Numbered from the stretch's first letter, positions 1-7,086 are shown. The stretch is 64,000 bases of DNA from a bacterium (GCA_030704665.1 JAUYID010000009.1:330460-394459), one strand, 5' to 3'. Notes: generated by a model not told the origin, from the sequence alone. Numbers and translations: made by a program.

Positions 1-26
1 GATTGAATTTAAGTGAAGGAAAAAGT
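1..26 (+). repeat. 24-26 bp direct repeat, copy 1 (GATTGAATTTAAGTGAAGGAAAAAGT)
   Basis: Near-identical to 775-800, 1897-1922 and 2491-2516. Confidence 0.9.
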
Positions 27-34
27 AAACAAGT

Positions 35-63
35 TTGCATTTACATTGCAGTAAAAGTAAAAT
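35..63 (+). promoter_or_regulatory. sigma70-type promoter TTGCAT-17-TAAAAT
   Basis: -35 at 35-40, -10 at 58-63, upstream of an SD-led ORF. Confidence 0.6.
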
Positions 64-114
64 CCGAGGTATCGGAAGGAAATCAGCCGGCTGAGAAGCC
101 AGGAGGGGGATTAG

Positions 115-696
115 ATGCTCAGAAGGTTCAGTGACCTCCGGTTCGCTACCTGGTTTTTCCTGGTATTCGTAACGGTTGTCTGCACACCGTTCGGGTTTGT
201 CATGGTCAACTACTTGGACTACACGCGCAAGGAGGCTGTTTTCTACATGGCGCAGCCGTTCGTGATCGGTGTTTGGGTCCTGATCACGGCGTACGGTATT
301 AGAGGACTAAGCGGTCAACATAGCTGGCGGAAAGCCAGAAGGGAGGTCATTGTGGCTGCCCAAACTGAGGTCAAGGTCAAGTCTTTCAGTTGGTTCGCCT
401 ATATGGAGTCGGATGGCTCAAAGGCGCGTGCCATCTCTCCAATGCTCGGCCTGCTAGTCGTGCGACCAACGGTGCGGGAAGCAGTTGACGAGATGCTCGG
501 TCTCGCCGAGGACTACCTCAAGTTCGCGATCGAAGCTGGTGATGAGGACGTTTCACGCCCAACCCCGGTGGAGGCTGTGGAAGCGCACCTTCTCAAGTTC
601 ATCTGGCAGTGCAGTTCTAGGGCGGAGATGCAGGGACAATTTTGGTCTTGTGGTGTGATTCAGAAGGATCTCTCCAAGGCAGAGTGGGACGAGTAA
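115..696 (+). CDS. Hypothetical protein: two N-terminal TM helices plus HicB-like C-terminal domain
   Basis: SD AGGAGGGG before ATG; hydrophobic N-terminus; C-terminal TVREAVDEMLGLAEDYL resembles the HicB antitoxin fold; second in-frame SD+GTG at 352. Confidence 0.6.
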   Translation: MLRRFSDLRFATWFFLVFVTVVCTPFGFVMVNYLDYTRKEAVFYMAQPFVIGVWVLITAYGIRGLSGQHSWRKARREVIVAAQTEVKVKSFSWFAYMESDGSKARAISPMLGLLVVRPTVREAVDEMLGLAEDYLKFAIEAGDEDVSRPTPVEAVEAHLLKFIWQCSSRAEMQGQFWSCGVIQKDLSKAEWDE

Positions 697-731
697 CAAA
701 CACATAGTAGTTGGATTTCATTTCCAACTCG

Positions 732-759
732 AGGGTCGTCGCAGTCATGCAGCGACCCT
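732..759 (+). terminator. GC-rich hairpin after ORF
   Basis: AGGGTCG...CGACCCT inverted repeat followed by a short T run. Confidence 0.55.
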
Positions 760-774
760 TTCCAATTCCAAAAA

Positions 775-800
775 GATTGAATTTGAGCGAAGGAAAAAGT
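775..800 (+). repeat. 24-26 bp direct repeat, copy 2 (GATTGAATTTGAGCGAAGGAAAAAGT)
   Basis: Direct alignment to other copies; TTGAAT-17-TATTAT is formed with the downstream bases. Confidence 0.9.
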
Positions 801-847
801 ATTATATTTTAAAAACTAAGAATTATAGAATAAGGTTGTTTTAAATT

Positions 848-1228
848 ATGAAAACAAAAGTTGAAACTGACGAAGCGCCAAAGGCACCTGGTTTACTTTC
901 CCAGGGAATCGTCGATGGCAATATGATCTACGTTGCTGGGCAAATCCACAGCACGCCCGACGGAAAGGTGATTGAGGGAACCACTGAAGAAAAAACTCAC
1001 CAAGTAATCAAAAATCTATCCGCAATTCTGAAAGCTGCTGGTGCCGATCTGACCCACGTCGTTAAAGTAACTATTTACGTTACCGACATTGCCGAATTGC
1101 CGAAACTCAATGAAGTCTACAAAACCTATTTCACCACTGAGCCCCTGCCGGTCAGAGAAGCAGTCTGCGTCAAAGCCCTTCCTCTCGGTGCAACAATCGA
1201 AATGAGCTGCATCGCCTCCAAAGACTGA
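848..1228 (+). CDS. ridA: RidA/YjgF/UK114 family enamine-imine deaminase
   Basis: APKAPG..SQG, IYVAGQI, VVKVTIY, PVREAV, LPLGATIEM motifs. Confidence 0.9.
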   Translation: MKTKVETDEAPKAPGLLSQGIVDGNMIYVAGQIHSTPDGKVIEGTTEEKTHQVIKNLSAILKAAGADLTHVVKVTIYVTDIAELPKLNEVYKTYFTTEPLPVREAVCVKALPLGATIEMSCIASKD

Positions 1229-1265
1229 TTGAAGTCTTTCACCCCAGCCAAAAACTAACAAATTC

Positions 1266-1294
1266 TTGAAGACAAACCCATAGTGTTGTATAAT
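1266..1294 (+). promoter_or_regulatory. sigma70-type promoter TTGAAG-17-TATAAT
   Basis: -35 at 1266-1271, consensus -10 at 1289-1294. Confidence 0.65.
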
Positions 1295-1362
1295 CCTTGG
1301 CATCTATACCTGTGTTGGGTGTAGAAATGAAAGGGAGTTGTACTCCCAGAAGGGGAAGAATC

Positions 1363-1836
1363 GTGAGTAAGATCAGTGTGGAACTGCAGACAGTTGACCT
1401 CGGTCATGGTGATGTACGGCCTATACCGGCGGAGTTCGTGGTGAAAGCCTTCCGCGCAGCTCACTTGTGCCAACACCAGTGGTTGGGCAAGTTCGCCGAC
1501 TTTCTGGAGGCGATCAAGATTCATTGGGGAACTCACTCAACCGAGGTTCAATTCACCTTCTACTTCAAAGGGGCCGTTGCGGGAGGTGGCAAGACGGAGA
1601 TCGAGGTAGGGTGGAATCGGGCCGGTTGTTTCATCAACGAAAACTACATCAACGATTGGCCTTACCGGAAAGTCGTTTGGGAAAGGGACACACCATTGGA
1701 CCTATCGTCCCTGCTGGCCTTGCTGGTGAAGCGAGCCCTTCGGCAGGCTTTCGAGGAGCGGGTTCAGAAGGGCAACGATTCACTAGAGATCGTCGAGACA
1801 ATTCCAGTCACCGACTGGACACCGTCTAACCCGTAG
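1363..1836 (+). CDS. Hypothetical protein (SD-led, GC-richer)
   Basis: ORF 1297-1836; GTG at 1363 is preceded by AGGGGAAG; own promoter and 3' hairpin. Confidence 0.6.
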   Translation: MSKISVELQTVDLGHGDVRPIPAEFVVKAFRAAHLCQHQWLGKFADFLEAIKIHWGTHSTEVQFTFYFKGAVAGGGKTEIEVGWNRAGCFINENYINDWPYRKVVWERDTPLDLSSLLALLVKRALRQAFEERVQKGNDSLEIVETIPVTDWTPSNP

Positions 1837-1858
1837 AGTTCGAAAGACTGCAACACAC

Positions 1859-1884
1859 AAGCGCTACGAGCAATCGTGGCGCTT
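1859..1884 (+). terminator. Hairpin AAGCGCTACGA-GCAA-TCGTGGCGCTT
   Basis: 11-bp stem with GNRA loop directly after the ORF. Confidence 0.6.
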
Positions 1885-1896
1885 CCCATTTTCAAA

Positions 1897-1922
1897 GGTT
1901 GAATTTAAGCGAAGGAAAAAGT
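1897..1922 (+). repeat. 24-26 bp direct repeat, copy 3 (GGTTGAATTTAAGCGAAGGAAAAAGT)
   Basis: Direct alignment; TTGAAT-18-TAAAAT then ATG of the YbaK-family gene 7 nt later. Confidence 0.9.
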
Positions 1923-1935
1923 TAAAATTTATGCG

Positions 1936-2481
1936 ATGGAAACAATCAACTTGGGTAAACTTAGTTTCATTCCTTTTGTAGAAGAACCAGAGCTTGTGGC
2001 TGCGACTGTAAAAGACCTCATTGAAAAGAATAACCTTGCCGATAAAGTTTGGGTTAGCAAAATTGACCCTGGGCTAGCTGATACGGCTGCTTTTTGTGAG
2101 CATTACGAAATTGGCATGGATGTAGCGGCCAACTGTGTGATAGTTGAAGCTAGTCGTGCCGAGCGGTCTTGGTACGCTGTTTGTCTTGTTCTCGCTACAA
2201 CTCGCGCTGATATCAACGGAGTAGTCCGGAGAAAACTTGATGCAAGAAGAGCCTCTTTTGCTCCGATGGAGACTGCAGTGTCCTTGACAAAAATGGAGTA
2301 CGGGGGAATTACACCAATAGGGCTACCAGAAGAATGGCCAATTCTGATTGATGAAGCAGTATGTAAACAAGAGCGAGTAATAGTTGGAAGTGGCATTCGC
2401 GGCTCGAAACTTTTGGTGGCAACAAGCCTATTTACTGAACTTCCCAACGCTGAAATACTTCCTATCACTAAGACCGAATAA
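1936..2481 (+). CDS. YbaK/ProX aminoacyl-tRNA deacylase (trans-editing) family protein
   Basis: ADTAAFCE.Y, ANCVIV, ASFAPM, MEYGGITPIGLP, GSGIRGSK motifs. Confidence 0.88.
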   Translation: METINLGKLSFIPFVEEPELVAATVKDLIEKNNLADKVWVSKIDPGLADTAAFCEHYEIGMDVAANCVIVEASRAERSWYAVCLVLATTRADINGVVRRKLDARRASFAPMETAVSLTKMEYGGITPIGLPEEWPILIDEAVCKQERVIVGSGIRGSKLLVATSLFTELPNAEILPITKTE

Positions 2482-2490
2482 TTCACAAGA

Positions 2491-2516
2491 AGTTGAATTT
2501 AAGCGAAGGAAAAAGT
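2491..2516 (+). repeat. 24-26 bp direct repeat, copy 4 (AGTTGAATTTAAGCGAAGGAAAAAGT)
   Basis: 24-bp core identical to copy 3. Confidence 0.9.
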
Positions 2517-2687
2517 GATTACTAATAGTTTGTGTCGATAATGGTGTTGACGTTGACAACAATGTTGGTGTTGTCACCAGTGTTGACAAAAACGTCTATA
2601 CTGGTAATACTAGAAAAAGATCTGCCTTATGAATTTTCTAACTGTCCAAAAACTCTCTGCAATGTCTCTTTCTGGAATTTCAACTTT

Positions 2688-3209
2688 AAAAAAAATAAAT
2701 TTGTGGGCTGACAAGGCAAACCACTGGGGTGGGGTACGGGTTCTGACCCCGTTTCTACCGTTTACAAAACGGTTGCATCACCATTATGCTAACCCCACCG
2801 TAAGGTTGGTTTGCCTCGCCAACTCATAAATCGAAAGCTGGTTGACAACCTCAACCACGTCATTAGCTTACTTATTGGCACTTGTCGGGATTAAAAATCC
2901 TGATTTGTGCCAACGAAATCCCGCTGGAGCGCGCCGCTTTTTGCGGGATTTCTTGATTGTAATTGATACAATCATTTCAACATCACCTTACCTTTCCGCC
3001 CTGTTGGGCTAATGGCTAAAGACCCTTTTAGGGGAAGGTAGGTTAGACGGATTGAGGTTGCCAAGCAACTATCGACTTTTTAAAGCGCAAAAGCCACCCT
3101 TTTTTGCGAGTGGCTTTACAGCCCGTCGCAAGAATTTCTTAGTCCTCTTGTTTTGCCGCTTTCTAAAGTTATTCAACTTCTTTAGCGACGGGGCAATCGT
3201 TAGATTGCT
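2688..3209 (-). ncRNA. Putative large (about 520 nt) multi-domain structured ncRNA of unknown family
   Basis: More than 10 stems seen by eye (2714-2723/2807-2816, 2831-2861/3046-3075, 2875-2881/2907-2913, 2915-2924/2943-2952, 2954-2961/2967-2974, 2985-2997/3031-3043, 3090-3097/3110-3117, 3122-3129/3185-3192, 3193-3198/3203-3208); minus-strand promoter and U8 tract; no credible ORF. Confidence 0.8.
2725..2798 (-). tRNA. Non-canonical tRNA-like cloverleaf (anticodon UGU, encoded CCA) nested in the large ncRNA
   Basis: GTGGGGT TA GCAT AATGGTG ATGC A ACCGT TTTGTAA ACGGT AGAA ACGGG GTCAGAA CCCGT ACCCCAC C CCA: 7/4/5/5-bp stems, U8, A14, G18G19, U33, A37, G53:C61, U55 and C56 kept; G54 and G58 abnormal. 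Confidence 0.8.
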
Positions 3210-3215
3210 TCTTTT

Positions 3216-3244
3216 ATTAAAGACATTGAAACTGAGATTGTCAA
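3216..3244 (-). promoter_or_regulatory. sigma70 promoter TTGACA-17-TTTAAT driving the large ncRNA
   Basis: Perfect -35 at 3244-3239, -10 at 3221-3216; predicted +1 near 3209, just before the first hairpin. Confidence 0.7.
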
Positions 3245-3275
3245 GGCTAAGGTAGAGTAGTAATTAGGTTCTTAG

Positions 3276-3303
3276 AGTTGAATTTTCGCTGAATGGGCAG
3301 AGT
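3276..3303 (+). repeat. Degenerate fifth copy of the 24-bp repeat (AGTTGAATTTTCGCTGAATGGGCAGAGT)
   Basis: First 10 nt identical to copy 4; GC.GAA.GG...AGT still alignable with gaps. Confidence 0.45.
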
Positions 3304-3396
3304 AAATAGTTATGTAGTAAACAGAAAATTTTACTTCTTTTAGACCTAAGTTTTTTGCTCGATCGAGCATCTTTTCTTTTTGCTATACTTTCCCAA

Positions 3397-3968
3397 ATGA
3401 CAGCTGAAGTGCCGCAAATTTATATTCTCGACAGAAAAGCCTGGAGAGAGTGGCTTAGCCAAAACCACGACAAAGTGGGAAGTATTTGGCTCGTTCACGA
3501 CAAGGCCTCCAAAGGTGGAAAACTTTCCTACGACGACTTGGTCGAGGAAGCGCTTTGTTTTGGCTGGATTGACGCTACCCTCAAAAGTTTGGATGAAAAT
3601 CGTTCCATGATTTATGTCTGTGCCCGCAAGCCGAAAAGTATCTGGGCAGCCTCCAATAAAGCTAGAGTTGAAAAGTTAATCAAGAAGGTTTAATGACAAG
3701 GCCCGGCCTTGCAGTGGTTGAGAGGGCCAAAGCAGATGGCTCGTGGTCAGCCTTTGATGTGGTGGAGGATCTAGTCTTGCCAGAGCAGTTGCAAGCAGCC
3801 TTCGCGAAAAACGCTAAGGCCGCCGAGAACTTTGAAAAACTTTCCCTGTCCGTGCGCAAACAAATTCTCTACTATATTTATAGCGCCAAACAAGAAGAAA
3901 CGAGAAAGCAGCGGGTGGAGAAACTACTACCTAGTCTGGCAGAGGGCAAGAATCCGTTTATTGGATAA
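3397..3968 (+). pseudogene. YdeI/OmpD-associated family protein split by a 1-nt frameshift
   Basis: WREWL..NH, EEALCFGWID and WAASNKARVEKL in the first frame; MTRPGLA..AKADGSW and AKQEETRKQR in the second; break near 3685-3693. Confidence 0.75.
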
Positions 3969-4031
3969 ATTTTGAAGTTGCGCAAAGTTTTCAACGGCTA
4001 AAGTTTGTGTTACGATAAATGCAGTCTGCCC

Positions 4032-5393
4032 ATGACTTACCTCAGGAAATTTCTTCACAACAAAATTTATTTAGGCTCTGCTCTAGCCGCGGTTCTCCTC
4101 TTAAGTATCGGGGGCGGCTACCTTTTACTCGCCAAAAATTCTGCCAACCCCAAAACCAATTCCGCCTCTTCCAGCTCGGCACAAAAAGAAACCCAAGGCG
4201 GTTCACGTATGGGGGACCCCAATTCCACTGACCCAGTTGAGAAAGGAAAAGCTTTGTCTGGCGGTAATTGTTCTGGTACCGGAAGCAAGAAGTTAAACTC
4301 GGCCCCAATGAGAATCAAGGATATTAGTTACATCCAACCCTACGGACTTTTGGCCGGCCCTCACGTGACGCCAATCGATCACGGTTATTACTGGGGCAAG
4401 GTTCCTTTCGGAGATCCAGATCTGTACGACGTTCTAGCACTTTCGGATGGGAAAATCGTCAATATTGGCTATCGGGATCGCAGTGGCGAGGGCAGGAAAG
4501 TAAAAGGGGATTATCGGGTTGTGATCAGCTACTCCTGTACGTTTTTCAGTTACTTCGATCTGGCCACCAGTCTGGATCCAGCAATTCGCAGGCAGCTGCC
4601 AAAGGATTGGGAAAAAGCTGACAACAAAGTCGTTAATACGGATATAAACATTAAAGAGGGACAAGTTTTGGCGAAATTTGGCGGGCAATCCCTAGATTTT
4701 GCAGTTTGGGATACCACCAAACAATTAAAAAACCTGCTCGTTCCAACTGCCTACAACAATGCCGAGCCTTGGAAGATCAACACGGTTAATCCTCTGGAAT
4801 ATTTCTCAGACTCGGTTAAATCACAAATACTACCGTTTTACTTGAGAAAAGTTGAGCCGCTTGATGGGGTGATCGATCAGGATATCGATGGCAAGGCCGC
4901 CGGAAATTGGTTTGCCGAAGGGACCAATGGTTACGCTGGAGTTTTTAGCTATGGTAGTGCCGGTGGAGGACAAAACAACTACTGGGCCGGGCACTTGGCT
5001 TTGGTACACGATCTTTACGAGCCGAGCGGTTGGGTTTTCTCGATTGGGAATTTAAACGGTGAAGCGAAGCAGTTTGGCATTAAAGCACCAAGTCCAACCC
5101 CGGACAAACTTGAAATTGCCAGCGGACTGGTAAAATACGAAATTGGCGCGTGGCAACACGTTGAAACAAACGGCAATGTTTGGCTAGGTAAGGCCTTTCC
5201 AACTGGTGGTCTAAAAATGAAAGTGGGGAATAGTCAGGGAACGGTGTTAGTTCAATTATTAGAAAAAAGAAAGCTAAAAATTGAGGTTTTCCTCAATAAG
5301 ACCCCTTCCCAGGTTTCTGGTTTCACTTCTGCTGCTCGGATCTACGACCGCGGCGACAACGCCAAAATGATTAAATCCAACACTGCCACGTAG
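4032..5393 (+). CDS. Membrane-anchored secreted protein with degenerate M23/LytM-like domain
   Basis: N-terminal TM; VLALSDGKIV, IKEGQVLAKFG and LDFAVWD resemble the M23 fold. Confidence 0.6.
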   Translation: MTYLRKFLHNKIYLGSALAAVLLLSIGGGYLLLAKNSANPKTNSASSSSAQKETQGGSRMGDPNSTDPVEKGKALSGGNCSGTGSKKLNSAPMRIKDISYIQPYGLLAGPHVTPIDHGYYWGKVPFGDPDLYDVLALSDGKIVNIGYRDRSGEGRKVKGDYRVVISYSCTFFSYFDLATSLDPAIRRQLPKDWEKADNKVVNTDINIKEGQVLAKFGGQSLDFAVWDTTKQLKNLLVPTAYNNAEPWKINTVNPLEYFSDSVKSQILPFYLRKVEPLDGVIDQDIDGKAAGNWFAEGTNGYAGVFSYGSAGGGQNNYWAGHLALVHDLYEPSGWVFSIGNLNGEAKQFGIKAPSPTPDKLEIASGLVKYEIGAWQHVETNGNVWLGKAFPTGGLKMKVGNSQGTVLVQLLEKRKLKIEVFLNKTPSQVSGFTSAARIYDRGDNAKMIKSNTAT

Positions 5394-5422
5394 CGAAAAG
5401 ATTCAGACTAAGAGTCTCCAGA

Positions 5423-5842
5423 TCACAAAAGCTTTCTCTTTTTCATTTCTTGCAGATTGTGCTCGATTATCTTTTTGAGAACGGATCCATCCACATCGGA
5501 GAGCTTGTTGATGTAGAGACAACCCTTGCTGGTCTTGTGTTTGCCAAGTTTTGCTAGCAGGTTGGGATCGTCCAGACCTAACATTATGTATAGCGTTAGA
5601 TTTTGCTTGCGGGGAGAAAAGCCGGTCAGTGGCCAGTCGCCCTCCTGAGCGCTGCGTTCGGATTTGTAGTGGTATTGCCCAAAACCGACAATGCTTGGAC
5701 CCCACATTTTGGGTCTTTCGCCGGTTACTTCCTCGAAAATTTCCAATAGTTTGAAACTGTCTTTTCTTTTGATTTCTTCCGGAACAGCGTTTAAGAAATC
5801 TCTGACACTGGCATCATTTACCTTTGTCTTCAGTTCGGCCAT
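5423..5842 (-). CDS. DUF1801/YdhG-like protein
   Basis: MWGPSIVGFGQYHY, GFSPRKQNLTLY, LGKHKTSKGCLYINKL. Confidence 0.88.
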   Translation of the reverse strand: MAELKTKVNDASVRDFLNAVPEEIKRKDSFKLLEIFEEVTGERPKMWGPSIVGFGQYHYKSERSAQEGDWPLTGFSPRKQNLTLYIMLGLDDPNLLAKLGKHKTSKGCLYINKLSDVDGSVLKKIIEHNLQEMKKRKLL

Positions 5843-5871
5843 CTGCAGAGATTATATTAAGACAAGGGAAA

Positions 5872-7086
5872 TTATTCAACAAAGGTTAAGGCAATACCTT
5901 TTTTGTTCGCTCTTCCAGTTCGGCCGATACGGTGAATGTAGTCCTCGTAAGTCTCGGGAAGTTCGTAGTTAATGACGTGAGAAACGTTGTCAATATCTAG
6001 TCCGCGAGCGGCCACGTCAGTTGCCAAAAGAACATTAAACTGGTTATTTTTGAAATCTTTCAGAGTTCGTTGTCTTTGACTTTGCGAGCGGTTGCCGTGA
6101 ATAGCTCCGACCTTAAACCCGCGAGTTTCCAGTTGGCGGGCGAGTTTTTCCACACCGTGTTTGGTACGACCGAAAACCATGACTTTGTCAAATTCCTCTT
6201 GAATCAAAAGATCATGCAAACGCTCCATTTTGGTTCCGGGAGTAACTTTGACCACATTTTGGTCGACATTTTCACTAGTTGGTTGAGTTTGCACTGAAAC
6301 TGTGACCGGATCAGTCACGAAAGCCTGCAGAACTTGTCTGACTTTGGGGTTAATCGTGGCTGAAAAGAAAAGCGATTGTCGAGGACTTGGCAAAAGGGAA
6401 ATAAAGTATTTCACATCATTGATAAAACCAATATCAACCATGAGGTCAACTTCATCAAGAACAATAGTTCGAAAGTTGCCCAGGTTAAGGATTTTTTGCT
6501 GCAGAAGATCTTTCAGTCTTCCGGGAGTGCCGATAACGATGTTTGGATTGCGCTCCAAGTCCCAGCGCTGACGGTTGAGAGAAGCTCCCCCAATACAAAC
6601 TGCTGAATAAATTTTTAAGCCAAAAGAAAAGCTGCGTAGCTCCTCATTGATTTGGGTAGCGAGCTCTCGAGTCGGAGCCACGATCAAAGCTTTCTGGCTT
6701 CGATCACGCCAAATTTTGTTGATGATTGGGATCAAAAAAGCGGCTGTTTTCCCCGTTCCAGTGTTGGCTAGACCAATCAAGTCTCGGCCTTCAAGCATGG
6801 GGCCGATGGCCTTGTCTTGAATTGAAGTAGGTTGAGTGTAACCACGATGCGCGATATTACTTTTTAGTTCTGGGGCAATCGGGAAGCTTGCGAAAGAGTT
6901 GCTCGCTTGATAGCTTTCCGCCTGCAAAACTTCAGCGGCTTTTTTGATAAAGATACTGTGATCAGCACCAATCAATTTACTTTTGTTTTTTCCAGCAAAG
7001 CCAACGGCTTGATTGCCGGCAAATTTGTTATAAAGTTTTCGGCCCTGGTTTGGACGCCCGAATCTACTTCGTTTTTGTCTATACAT
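5872..7086 (-). CDS. DEAD/DEAH-box RNA helicase
   Basis: Q motif PTSIQ, GTGKT, PTRELA, TPGRL, DEVD, SAT, HRIGRTGR. Confidence 0.95.
   Translation of the reverse strand: MYRQKRSRFGRPNQGRKLYNKFAGNQAVGFAGKNKSKLIGADHSIFIKKAAEVLQAESYQASNSFASFPIAPELKSNIAHRGYTQPTSIQDKAIGPMLEGRDLIGLANTGTGKTAAFLIPIINKIWRDRSQKALIVAPTRELATQINEELRSFSFGLKIYSAVCIGGASLNRQRWDLERNPNIVIGTPGRLKDLLQQKILNLGNFRTIVLDEVDLMVDIGFINDVKYFISLLPSPRQSLFFSATINPKVRQVLQAFVTDPVTVSVQTQPTSENVDQNVVKVTPGTKMERLHDLLIQEEFDKVMVFGRTKHGVEKLARQLETRGFKVGAIHGNRSQSQRQRTLKDFKNNQFNVLLATDVAARGLDIDNVSHVINYELPETYEDYIHRIGRTGRANKKGIALTFVE

Noticed and set aside
1-2516. CRISPR array interpretation of the 24-bp repeats
   Set aside because: Intervening segments are about 570-1100 bp and contain whole genes; no cas genes in the window
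1-2516. Integron attC or Xer dif/pdif sites
   Set aside because: Repeat is not palindromic and lacks RYYYAAC/GTTRRRY boxes; one end resembles an XerD arm (8/11) but there is no XerC arm at 6-bp spacing
2700-2830. YrlA-type Y RNA
   Set aside because: YrlA tRNA-like modules are permuted and lack a CCA end; here the arm order is that of a normal tRNA, and no Ro60/Rsr gene is in the window
2688-3209. RNase P RNA, tmRNA, SRP, 6S or group I/II intron identity
   Set aside because: No GAGGAAAGUCC, no G3:U70 Ala acceptor (and a full anticodon arm is present), no GUGYG/domain V, no convincing P7 elements; Rfam was not run, so known large RNAs are not formally excluded
2629-3255. ORFs 2629-2829 and 3052-3255 as proteins
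   Set aside because: Short, no recognisable motifs or SD, and they overlap extensive base-paired structure on the opposite strand
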